The position numbers and the translations under genes were made by a program. The notes below the pieces were generated by a model that was not told the DNA's origin, made no database searches, and saw only the letters and a program-made list of their open reading frames with translations. Positions 56,267-64,000 of a stretch of DNA of 64,000 bases are shown here, piece by piece. This stretch comes from Thaumarchaeota archaeon UBA164 (lineage in GTDB: Archaea; Thermoproteota; Nitrososphaeria; Conexivisphaerales; UBA164), in the NCBI GenBank assembly GCA_002499005.1, contig DAJU01000010.1, forward strand, positions 73,750 to 137,749, in the 5' to 3' direction. The first letter of the stretch is position 1. Every line of letters starts with the position of its first letter.

Positions 56267-57030
56267 TATCCAAGCTCCTCAAGCTCTTCCGTGCTTAGGC
56301 TTAACTTGTTTGAATCAAGTGCCTCCTGCAGGTGTTCAACGTTAGAAACCGACGGCGCTGCTGATATACGGTTCTGCCTTAACCACGCAAGCGCCACCTG
56401 CGCCGGTTTGACGCCCTTTTGCATTGCAACCTCTCTTAGCGCCATCACCTTTTTGCGCCTGCCAAGAGAAAGAAGGCCGGCGTTCATTATCCTTCCGCCA
56501 TCTAAAGCCGAAGAGGAAAACAGGTTAAGCCTTGTCGACCTCACCTTTTCAATCCCACTAAAGACATTTATGTCAAACTTGAGGTGACTTAAGATGTCCC
56601 TCATACCTCTCGATTCTATAAGCCTTATATCGCCTGGCCATGCCCCTATAACTGAAAAGCCCAGCGCATATCCCTCCTGAACGCTGTACTTTATGGCCCT
56701 CAGAGCCTCCCTAAGGCTAACCAGAAGGACCGGCCTTTTTATTTCCAAGACGTCTATTGGCCTGCCAAGCAAGCCCACTAGATCTCTTACCTCTCTAAGT
56801 ATGTTTTCAAACGTTGGATAAAAAGCACCAACCCTTAAAACTATGCGCGTATCAGGGCTTAGCTCCTTGATAACCAGATCCCTGAACTTTTTATTTTCAA
56901 ATGAATCCCTAAAATCGATGAGCCCTGCACCCAGGTCAACCGCAGCCCTTACAAGCCTTTTAGCAAGCTCGCTGTCAGCGGTTACCTGCCTCCTTATCGA
57001 GATCCCTATTACCGGGGTCTGCAGGAGCAT
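56266..57030 (-). CDS. aldo/keto reductase-like protein, short and apparently degenerate
   Basis: 254 aa. C-terminus KPAQVALAWLRQN...VSNVEHLQEAL...LSTEELEEL is AKR-like. By-eye alignment puts F/R/K where the catalytic Tyr/Lys/His are expected (IDFRDSF, VLRVG, LEIKRP). Confidence 0.5.
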   Translation of the reverse strand: MLLQTPVIGISIRRQVTADSELAKRLVRAAVDLGAGLIDFRDSFENKKFRDLVIKELSPDTRIVLRVGAFYPTFENILREVRDLVGLLGRPIDVLEIKRPVLLVSLREALRAIKYSVQEGYALGFSVIGAWPGDIRLIESRGMRDILSHLKFDINVFSGIEKVRSTRLNLFSSSALDGGRIMNAGLLSLGRRKKVMALREVAMQKGVKPAQVALAWLRQNRISAAPSVSNVEHLQEALDSNKLSLSTEELEELG

Positions 57031-57053
57031 GCGGTAGCATTGCTATTGGGTAT

Positions 57054-57578
57054 TTATAACCTCTGCTCCCCTTTGCTCATCTTCTTTGCCAAAAGCTCTG
57101 CGTAGCCCTCCTTTATTGGGGCCCATTTGATGCCAAGTGAGCTTATAAGAGCTCTGGCCCTTAAAAGTTCCTCGTCGTTTTTAACTTCAATTTCAACAAA
57201 TGCGCCCAGCCCATCGACCAGGTCAAGCTCCACCACCAATCCTTCTAGCAAATAAGCTTCCCTTGTCTTTTTAACCCTGATAAGCTCGTTAAACCCTGAT
57301 AAAAGAAGTATTCTTAGCGCAGATTCAAAGTTCTCTACCTTTACTTCGATCTCTTCCCTTGTTTTGACAACATCCTCTACCAGCGGCCCCTTGTACGTTA
57401 TCCATGCGCCGCCGCTTGAGCCCATTCTTACCCTTAGCGCAGATCCCTCCTGAAGGCATTTGGAGCCGAGGTATACATCGATCTGCTCCTCTGAGCCAAG
57501 AAGTCTGCCATTCTTTGAAAGCCTTTGTCTTGTTTCGTTATAGTTTTCAATCGCTACTTTGATCTCCCTCTCCATCAT
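57054..57578 (-). CDS. CYTH domain protein (class IV adenylate cyclase / triphosphate tunnel metalloenzyme)
   Basis: 174 aa. N-terminal ExExK (EREIK), later EIEVKV and FVEIEV strands. Confidence 0.75.
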   Translation of the reverse strand: MMEREIKVAIENYNETRQRLSKNGRLLGSEEQIDVYLGSKCLQEGSALRVRMGSSGGAWITYKGPLVEDVVKTREEIEVKVENFESALRILLLSGFNELIRVKKTREAYLLEGLVVELDLVDGLGAFVEIEVKNDEELLRARALISSLGIKWAPIKEGYAELLAKKMSKGEQRL

Positions 57579-57659
57579 GCGACTTATCCGCTTGCCGTTT
57601 ATTTAACGGTGATCCCCAAGCACAGCATGCCAAAGGCCTGACGTTTCTATATAATGATA

Positions 57660-58166
57660 TTATGCCTTGTAAAATGCGACCTTTACCTTTTCATTAAACC
57701 CTGTTATGCCCTTCCAATGCTTTCCTATCCAATACACCTTCCCGCATCTGCTGCAAACATAAAAACTTCTGTTAACGGCCTTTACCTTTTCAGGCACATT
57801 GAAAAGGTCGGCGGCACTGGCCCTTTTTAGCTTTCCATTGCACAAAGTGCATCGAACAGCCCTTAACCTAGGCCGTGCCCCAACCGCCCTAAGAACCTCC
57901 GCCACGGCTTTGGCCCTATCCTCGTCGAGTCGCAAAAGCAAAACCTTTCTGCCCGATAAAGTTGCCCTTTTATAGAGATCCTCATCGCTTGTCAAAAGCA
58001 AGCGACATGTGTAGTTCCTTAGAAGCCCTTCGTCGTCGCCGTTCTTATAATACAGAACGTCAAGCCCGTAAAGCCTTAGCTTTCTGGCCACGTCGCCAAG
58101 CATCGAATCAGCTATCAGCTTTGCCAAGCTCCTCGCGGCACTCTTCACAGAGGAACCTGCCATCAA
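57660..58166 (-). CDS. Mut7-C (PIN-like) RNase domain protein with Zn ribbon
   Basis: KLIADSMLGDVARKLRLYGLDV matches the family N-terminus. C-terminal CTLCNG...CSRCGKVYWIGKHW. True start may be TTG at 58127. Confidence 0.75.
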   Translation of the reverse strand: MMAGSSVKSAARSLAKLIADSMLGDVARKLRLYGLDVLYYKNGDDEGLLRNYTCRLLLTSDEDLYKRATLSGRKVLLLRLDEDRAKAVAEVLRAVGARPRLRAVRCTLCNGKLKRASAADLFNVPEKVKAVNRSFYVCSRCGKVYWIGKHWKGITGFNEKVKVAFYKA

Positions 58167-58683
58167 CCTCTAACAGAAAATCTGACCACTGGCCACAGTT
58201 GTCACAGTAGCCCGATATGTATTTTTTGGGCAGAACCGGCCCCTTGCCCCTTAGCATGGCCTTTTCCGACGCTATATCCATCAGCTGGGGAAACAGGTTT
58301 ATTATGTCAGTCATTGAAACAACGCCAACCAGTTCGCCCTTGTATACGACACCAAGCCTTTTAACCCCATACTTTATCATAAGCCTTGCGGCATCCATCA
58401 CTGATGCCTCTGCCTTTACAGTCTGAAGGGGGTTGCCCATTACCTCCCTGACCTTTACGGAGCTTGGTATAAGGTCCTTGCTAACCACCTTTTTAATTAT
58501 GTCCATTTCAGTTATTATTCCTATTGGCTGGCCATTGTCAAATACTATAAGGCTTCCAACGTTAGATTCAGCCATCTTTTTTGCAGCCTCACTTATGCTT
58601 TCATCAGGCGAGGCATAGACTATTGGGCTGCTCATGACCTCCCGGACCTTGACGTTAAGAGATATGCTGTGCTCGAACGCCAT
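58108..58683 (-). CDS. tandem CBS domain protein with C-terminal Zn ribbon
   Basis: 191 aa. Two CBS repeats (VREVMSSPIVYASPDESI..., VREVMGNPLQTVKAEASV...) then CDNCG...CEEC. Confidence 0.8.
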   Translation of the reverse strand: MAFEHSISLNVKVREVMSSPIVYASPDESISEAAKKMAESNVGSLIVFDNGQPIGIITEMDIIKKVVSKDLIPSSVKVREVMGNPLQTVKAEASVMDAARLMIKYGVKRLGVVYKGELVGVVSMTDIINLFPQLMDIASEKAMLRGKGPVLPKKYISGYCDNCGQWSDFLLEVDGRFLCEECREELGKADS

Positions 58684-58834
58684 TACGTAATATATTTGTA
58701 TTGATGGGGATTTATATGTTATCCTGTTTGTGATGCGTCGTCCTTAAATTTATTGCAGTTTGGGCGAGCTTCCAATAGCTTGCGAGTGAGCTACCCTTCA
58801 TATAGACTGCTTGCGGCGTTACAAACCGCTGCAG

Positions 58835-59163
58835 GCTTCTTCCGCAGCGCAGGGGACATATGGGCTGACGCTAAGGGCCGTTATGTCATCCCTTAAGGCG
58901 CTTCTATTCCCTGCTTTATCTGGCTTTAAACAACATCAAGTTGCTCTTTATGACATACGCCCTTGGCTTTTTTTATTTTTGCAGCCAACAGCAGAAGACC
59001 ATTTCAAGCTACTGCGTAGCCTGTGAACCATATCTCTTCAGGGAACAGCCCTTCAGTGACAACCATTCCTAGCGCCTTTGTCTGCCGCAAAGGCACCGTT
59101 TTAGTTGGCCCGGCCTAAGAAGCGCCGGCCCGCGGTGAACTGCAAGGCCTTTCTTCTGAACAA
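58835..59163 (+). repeat. copy B of the ~328-bp dispersed non-coding element
   Basis: Collinear with 34590-34917 in the same orientation. Hairpins 58846-58902, 59074-59094, 59110-59128. T7AT5 tract 58968-58980. Sits in the divergent CBS / topA intergenic region. Confidence 0.9.
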
Positions 59164-59226
59164 ACACATGAAACAATTACAAGCACGGCAATTAACGTTA
59201 AATTTTGGAAAGGACAAGCGATAGCG

Positions 59227-61233
59227 TTGCATGAAGGGCATGTACTGGTTATAGCTGAAAAAAGGGATGCAGCTAAAAGGATAGCCCAGGCGCTGGGAGG
59301 GAGGTATGTGGAAAGGCGAATCGGAAGCGTGCCTTATTATGAGACAACTTGGATGGGAAAAAGGATGTACGTTGCGCCTGCTAGGGGCCACCTCTACGGC
59401 TTAGACAGCGATGTGAAGGACAGAAGCCTGTTTCCTGTACTTGACGTTGAGTGGGTTCCTCTCAGCGAAGTAAAAAAGGAGGACAGGGATATAAGTGCCC
59501 ACGTTAACGCCATGAGGGTTCTTGGAGAAGGAGCTAGCGATATAATAATCGCATGTGATTACGATATAGAAGGCGAAACCATAGGCTACAACATAGTTAA
59601 GTACCTCGGGCTTATACGGGGCGAAGTAAAAAGGGCAAAGTTTTCAACGCTAACTACGCAGGAGCTTAGGGAAAGCTTTGCCTCCTTACTGGTAAGAAAG
59701 GAATGGAGGATGGCCATGGCCGGCAGGGCCAGGCACTTCGTTGACTATATATGGGGGATAAGCCTCTCCAGAATGGTCAGCTCCATGGCCGCCCAAGTTA
59801 AAAGAGCCACACTCAGCATAGGAAGAGTTCAGGGGCCCACGCTTGTCGAGTTAATGAACAGGGAAAGTGAAATCCGCAGCTTTGTCCCTGAGCCTTACTG
59901 GCAGGTAAAGGCGCTTATTGAAGTTAATGGTCAGGAAGTTGAGATGGAGGGGCCTAGGCTTTATACTGCTGAAGACGCGGAAAAGGCTAAAGCGATAAAG
60001 GGGAAGGAGGGCGTTGTCACAGAATTTAAGGAACAGGAAGTAAGCTTGCAGCCGCCTCCGCCGTTTAACCTAAGCGACCTTCAGAGGGAGGCTTATAGAA
60101 TATACGGCATACAGCCATGGAGCGCGTTGCGGGTTCTTGAGGGCCTTTATCTCAGGGCGCTTATATCTTATCCGAGGACAAGCTCGCAAAAGCTTCCGCC
60201 GTCAATAAATTACAGGAGGATAATTTCTGGGCTTTCTTCTATGTATCAGAGAGAAGCCGGCATGCTCACAAGGGATAAGCCTGTTGAGGGCAGCGAAGAC
60301 GATCCAGCGCACCCGGCAATATACCCCACCGGCGAAGTAGCCAAGCTATTTGGAGAGGAGTACAAGCTTTATGACCTTGTTGCAAGAAGGTTTTTGGCAA
60401 CGTTTTCAAAGGACGCCGAAGTCACCAGAAGAGCCTTAAAGGTGAACGTTGAGGGCCTTGACTTCTCAGCTAACGGGCAAAATGTTATTGAAAGAGGCTG
60501 GCTGGAGATTTACCGGTTCAGATCAATTGAGGAAAGGCCTGTCCCCAGCGCAAAAGAGGGAGACGTGGCTCTTGTAAAAGATGTTTCTGTGGATTTAAGC
60601 TACACCAGGCCCCCTGCTCGTTACACGCCATCAACCATACTTGACTGGATGGAGAAGAACGAGCTTGGCACCAAGGCAACAAGGGCCGACATAATAGAGA
60701 CCCTCTATAAAAGGGGTTACATAGCCGACAGAAACATCAAGGTTACTGGGCTGGGCATGGCTGTTGCCAGGTTCTTCGCCAACTCACGTGTTATAACGCT
60801 TAACATGACTAGGACCCTTGAAAGGGACCTTGAAGGGATCGAGGTTGGAAACGTATCGCCTGAAAAGGTTTTAATGGAAAGCGTGAAGGTCCTTATGCAG
60901 GAAGTTGGGGAAGGCGGAAGCAGGGACGAGCTGCTGAGTCTCTATTCCGCGTATTTAAAGGAACCAGTGAAGGTAAGGGGACTATCAATAGGAAAGTGCC
61001 CAGTTTGCGGCAAGGGTGAACTGATCGTGCGCCGGTCTATGGCTGGTAAGAGGTACCTCAAGTGTAACAGCTGTGGTGCTTCAGCGCCGCTTCCATCAAA
61101 GGGGAGACTTGTTTCAGCAAAGGCAATATGCCCCCATTGCGGATGGCCTATGGTTAGGAGAGGAGGATGGGTGTTTTGTCCAAACCTGAATTGTCCGGGA
61201 AAAAAGGCAGGTGTATTGTCTGCGGGGAAGTAG
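59227..61233 (+). CDS. topA: DNA topoisomerase, type IA (Topo III-like)
   Basis: 668 aa. TOPRIM (VLVIAEKRDAAKRIA, DYDIEGE), catalytic Tyr region LISYPRTSS, C-terminal Zn ribbons (CPVCG..CNSCG, CPHCG..CPNLNC). TTG start. Confidence 0.9.
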   Translation: MHEGHVLVIAEKRDAAKRIAQALGGRYVERRIGSVPYYETTWMGKRMYVAPARGHLYGLDSDVKDRSLFPVLDVEWVPLSEVKKEDRDISAHVNAMRVLGEGASDIIIACDYDIEGETIGYNIVKYLGLIRGEVKRAKFSTLTTQELRESFASLLVRKEWRMAMAGRARHFVDYIWGISLSRMVSSMAAQVKRATLSIGRVQGPTLVELMNRESEIRSFVPEPYWQVKALIEVNGQEVEMEGPRLYTAEDAEKAKAIKGKEGVVTEFKEQEVSLQPPPPFNLSDLQREAYRIYGIQPWSALRVLEGLYLRALISYPRTSSQKLPPSINYRRIISGLSSMYQREAGMLTRDKPVEGSEDDPAHPAIYPTGEVAKLFGEEYKLYDLVARRFLATFSKDAEVTRRALKVNVEGLDFSANGQNVIERGWLEIYRFRSIEERPVPSAKEGDVALVKDVSVDLSYTRPPARYTPSTILDWMEKNELGTKATRADIIETLYKRGYIADRNIKVTGLGMAVARFFANSRVITLNMTRTLERDLEGIEVGNVSPEKVLMESVKVLMQEVGEGGSRDELLSLYSAYLKEPVKVRGLSIGKCPVCGKGELIVRRSMAGKRYLKCNSCGASAPLPSKGRLVSAKAICPHCGWPMVRRGGWVFCPNLNCPGKKAGVLSAGK

Positions 61234-61430
61234 CTGAAGGGGACCTCTGCTTTAAGCATGAACGGGCCCTGGAGGAGCTTAGGTCAAAATATACTTCATG
61301 GAAAGCTGCCTTTGGGTATAACGTGCAGGAATACCTCATGGCGTTGCAAAAAAGAAAGGAAACTGGAGAATGGACAAAGGAGCTTATAGCCTACATCGTT
61401 GCCAACAAAAGATTTGAGATGCTGACCTGA
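61167..61430 (+). CDS. hypothetical small protein (C-x2-C...C-x2-H N-terminus) overlapping the topA 3' end
   Basis: 87 codons in the -1 frame relative to topA. ATG preceded by AGGAG at 61156-61160. 67-nt overlap. No family recognised. Confidence 0.4.
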   Translation: MGVLSKPELSGKKGRCIVCGEVAEGDLCFKHERALEELRSKYTSWKAAFGYNVQEYLMALQKRKETGEWTKELIAYIVANKRFEMLT

Positions 61431-61513
61431 GCTTAGCATTTAATGCCAACGGGCCACGTAAACCATAAAATATGCGTATGCCGCAAAGCGCTCAGCCTGC
61501 TTTTTGGACATGG

Positions 61514-62049
61514 TTAGCATTCCCCTTTCATTCCTTTTGGCAGGCCTATGCCGCTCTGGCCCAGGTACGCCCCAGAGTATGAGGCCTTGCCCTCTGCCCT
61601 TACCAAAATTACGTGTAAAAACCTCATGCCGCGCCTTAATATAATGTAGTTCTTGCTGTTGTTTATTATCTCTATAGTTACGTTACCTGAAAATCCTGCA
61701 TCTATGACGGTGGGGCTGATGCTGAGCCCGTACCTGGCAAGCGTCGACCTCAGGTTGCAAAAGCCAACCAAGTCATAAGGAAGCTCCACGCGTTCCATCG
61801 TGGTTAAAAGCACAAACGAATTCGGCGGAACAGGTATAATTCCGTCTTGCGAATCGTTTACATGGAAAAGCGCCTCCGAGCTGCTGAGATCGCATGGATC
61901 AACGGTTTGACCAGAGATCGAATATGTCGCGTACTGAGCACCTATTCTGAGATCGACGCCGTTCTCCCTTATCGTAGACTTGCTAAGCGGGTCTATTTTC
62001 AGCCTTTGGACATTTCGTTTATAATAGCGTCGTGTGAAAGAACGCCCAT
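61514..62049 (-). pseudogene. dcd: dCTP deaminase (Dcd/dUTPase fold) interrupted by a 1-nt frame change after codon 16
   Basis: 62049-61999 encodes MGVLSHDAIINEMSKG then TGA. From 62002, in the -1 frame, it reads LKIDPLSKSTIRENGVDLRIG...PPNSFVLLTTMERVELP...VIDAGFSGNVTIEIIN... to the stop at 61514. Joined, this is a typical 178-aa Dcd. No start codon exists in the long frame upstream of GTG 61813. Confidence 0.8.
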
Positions 62050-62188
62050 ATATCGGGTTTAGCCGAGCGACTTAAAGCTGTGCGGCATAACCGCGTTTGG
62101 CTAAAAAGTTAATAAAATAAAATTCCATGAAAACAATATAAACTTAAAATATGGATAACGCTTTTAGGCAGTACATAAAATAAGCTTA

Positions 62189-62587
62189 TTGAAGTTGCCA
62201 AGGAACAGCAAGGAGGACAAGCTTGCTAGTCTTGTTTATAAGCTTGTTCTTGAAAGCGGTGAAAAAGGAGTTCTTCAGTCTGAGCTATGGAAAAAGCTAA
62301 ACCTTACAAGCAGGGATGGCTCAAGGATAGCGACTAGGTTAGAGAAAAGGAAGCTTATAAAAAGGGAAAAGGTCCTTGAGGACGGAAGATGGACTTATCT
62401 GCTCAGGCCGGTTTCAATGCCCATAAGCGTTAAGGCTATAATGAGAGCTCCATGTATAAACTGCCCGTTTATTGCTAAGTGCTACCCTGATGGGCAGGTA
62501 TCCCCAAGGACATGCACAAAGCTTGAGAGATGGGTGATATCCGAATATGAATCTTTCTTAGCTGGTGTAGTTGTAGATGAGGCCTGA
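62189..62587 (+). CDS. winged-helix plus 4-Cys protein, TFE-beta / RPC34-like
   Basis: 132 aa. wH segment (GVLQSELWKKLNLTSRDGSRIATRLEKRKLIKRE) followed by CINCPFIAKC...C, consistent with the FeS-binding TFE-beta of Crenarchaeota. TTG start. By-eye call. Confidence 0.5.
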   Translation: MKLPRNSKEDKLASLVYKLVLESGEKGVLQSELWKKLNLTSRDGSRIATRLEKRKLIKREKVLEDGRWTYLLRPVSMPISVKAIMRAPCINCPFIAKCYPDGQVSPRTCTKLERWVISEYESFLAGVVVDEA

Positions 62588-63155
62588 CCAAGCGAAAAAG
62601 GAACATTATTACAGAATGGCCAAAAAAGCAGGCTATGCAAGCAGGGCTGCCTTTAAGCTGAAGCAGATAAACAGGAAATACAGGGTATTTAAAAGCGGTC
62701 AGTCTGTGCTTGATCTGGGCGCAGCACCGGGCGGCTGGACGCAGGTGGCTTCAAAGGAGGTAGGGGATACAGGAAAGGTTGTCGCCGTTGACAGGAGGCC
62801 ACTGAGAATTGACCTGGCCAACGTAACCTCGGTTGTTGAGGATGTGCTGAGCTGGATTCCAGGGGAGCAGTTTGACGTTGTTCTCTCTGATATGTCGCCA
62901 AGCGTTACAGGGATCTGGGAACATGACCAGTATGAACAATGGCGGCTTGCAACAAGAGCGCTTGAGATAGCGGAAAAGGTTCTCAAGAAAGGGGGAAATT
63001 TTGTATGCAAGGTCTTTGATGGGGAGGGCGCAAAGGAGCTTTATGAAAGGGCAAAAGGGGAATTCTTCTTTGTAAAGCTAACAAAGCCCCTTGCCAGCAG
63101 GGCTGAAAGCAGCGAGCTTTACTTGGTATGCAAAGGGTATTTTGGAAGGCATTAA
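62577..63155 (+). CDS. rlmE: 23S rRNA 2'-O-methyltransferase RlmE/FtsJ
   Basis: 192 aa. YASRAAFKLKQI, DLGAAPGGWTQVA, VLSDMSP, FVCKVF. Confidence 0.9.
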   Translation: MRPDQAKKEHYYRMAKKAGYASRAAFKLKQINRKYRVFKSGQSVLDLGAAPGGWTQVASKEVGDTGKVVAVDRRPLRIDLANVTSVVEDVLSWIPGEQFDVVLSDMSPSVTGIWEHDQYEQWRLATRALEIAEKVLKKGGNFVCKVFDGEGAKELYERAKGEFFFVKLTKPLASRAESSELYLVCKGYFGRH

Positions 63156-63350
63156 TAACACGGTGCCGTATAAAACAAGCCACATAACATTGCGGGGAGA
63201 TGACCATCATGCAAAGTTCGCAAGACCGATGCTGCGCAACTCCTCGAGCTAACGTTAAAAGCAATTTTTGTAAGATAATGCAAAGAATTTGCCTTTTACT
63301 GTATGATCGGGCAATATTTTAATACCTCTTGCGCCGATTAATGGTATCAA

Positions 63351-64000
63351 ATGCCTACTGTTGAGCTAGTTGACATATGGAAAAGCTTTGGGAAGGTTAA
63401 TGTTCTTAAGGGCGTTAACCTAAAAGTCGAGGAAGGCGAGTTTGTAGTTTTGCTGGGGCCATCAGGTTCAGGAAAAACGACCCTTTTGAGAATAATAGCT
63501 GGCCTTGAATACCAGGACAAGGGCCACGTAATAATAGGCGGCAGGGTTGTTGATGACCTAACCCCGCGAGAACGAAATATAGCGATGGTATTTCAAAATT
63601 ATGCACTTTATCCGCACAAGACCGTTTACGAAAACATAGCGTTGCCATTAAGAACAGCAAGGATGAAACAGGATGACATAGATAAAAGGGTCAGGGACGT
63701 AGCGGCGCTTCTCCAGATAGAGGGGTTACTTGACAGATACCCCAGGCAGCTCAGCGGCGGACAGCAACAGAGGGTTGCGCTTGCCAGGGCTCTTGTCAGG
63801 AGGCCCACAGTATTCCTTATGGATGAGCCCCTTAGCAACTTGGACGCAAAGGTCAGAGTGATGGCTAGAACATTTCTAAAAAGGCTGCAAAAGGAGCTTA
63901 ATATCACCACAATATACGTAACCCACGATCAGGCCGAGGCCATGGCATTGGCTGATAGAATAGCTGTTATTTCTGACGGGGTAATACAGCAATACGATAC
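63351..64000 (+). CDS. ABC transporter ATP-binding protein (MalK/UgpC type), 3' end outside window
   Basis: Own translation: MPTVELVDIWKSFGKVNVLKG..., Walker A GPSGSGKTT, signature LSGGQQQRVALA, Walker B FLMDEPLS, H-loop VTHDQ. Absent from the ORF track because there is no in-window stop. Confidence 0.9.
   Translation, partial: MPTVELVDIWKSFGKVNVLKGVNLKVEEGEFVVLLGPSGSGKTTLLRIIAGLEYQDKGHVIIGGRVVDDLTPRERNIAMVFQNYALYPHKTVYENIALPLRTARMKQDDIDKRVRDVAALLQIEGLLDRYPRQLSGGQQQRVALARALVRRPTVFLMDEPLSNLDAKVRVMARTFLKRLQKELNITTIYVTHDQAEAMALADRIAVISDGVIQQYD

Noticed and set aside
34590-59163. Direct repeats as attL/attR of an integrated virus or plasmid
   Set aside because: The enclosed 24 kb is core informational and TCA-cycle genes with no integrase, capsid or replication-initiator gene, and neither repeat overlaps a tRNA.
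59101-59391. 96-aa minus-strand ORF overlapping the topA start and the end of repeat copy B
   Set aside because: It is antisense to the conserved TOPRIM N-terminus of topA. Its C-terminus lies in the non-coding repeat, and the same tail appears by chance at copy A.
61847-62062. 71-aa plus-strand ORF
   Set aside because: It is antisense to the N-terminal half of the frameshifted dcd gene, which explains this region better.
1-64000. CRISPR arrays, rRNA genes, additional tRNAs, replication origin (ORB repeats near orc1/cdc6)
   Set aside because: Visual scanning of the intergenic regions found no regularly spaced short repeats, no rRNA-like sequence, no further cloverleaf candidates and no orc1/cdc6 gene. 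A by-eye search cannot exclude small or degenerate elements.

Overview
Dense, mostly housekeeping chromosomal segment of an archaeon, about 80 genes with many 1-60 nt overlaps. TACK/Thermoproteota-type markers: two short ESCRT-III (CdvB-like) genes plus Vps4/CdvC, DnaG, PriS, a GINS subunit, RFC-S, FEN1, type IA topoisomerase, aRF1, aIF1A, aIF2alpha, Nop10, L44e/S27e/S3Ae, Kae1-Bud32, AglB and a TFE-beta-like protein. Metabolism: contiguous sdhABCD-sucCD, citrate synthase, scattered molybdenum-cofactor genes (moeA, moaC, moaB, moaE), an orphan xanthine-dehydrogenase-family large subunit beside an NCS1 permease, GGT, UbiX and UbiA-family genes. One tRNA-Thr(GGU). No rRNA and no CRISPR array seen. 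Points worth a second look: (1) a sharply bounded ~328-bp non-coding element in two ~98% identical direct copies 24 kb apart (34590-34917, 58835-59163), with subterminal hairpins and no terminal inverted repeats or target duplications; it looks MITE-like or like an ncRNA. (2) A ~200-bp C-terminal remnant of an IS200/IS605 TnpB gene inside an ~0.8-kb structured non-coding patch next to the cdv cluster. (3) A cdvB - cdvB' - vps4 - small Cys-protein array with no cdvA in the window. (4) A dcd gene split by a 1-nt frame change. (5) A GGGAAAA heptamer where the topA 3' end overlaps an 87-codon ORF. (6) A co-directional CBS-Zn-ribbon / Mut7-C RNase / CYTH / degenerate AKR / THEP1 NTPase array. Every functional call rests on by-eye motif recognition; no database search was run, and start codons are often uncertain.
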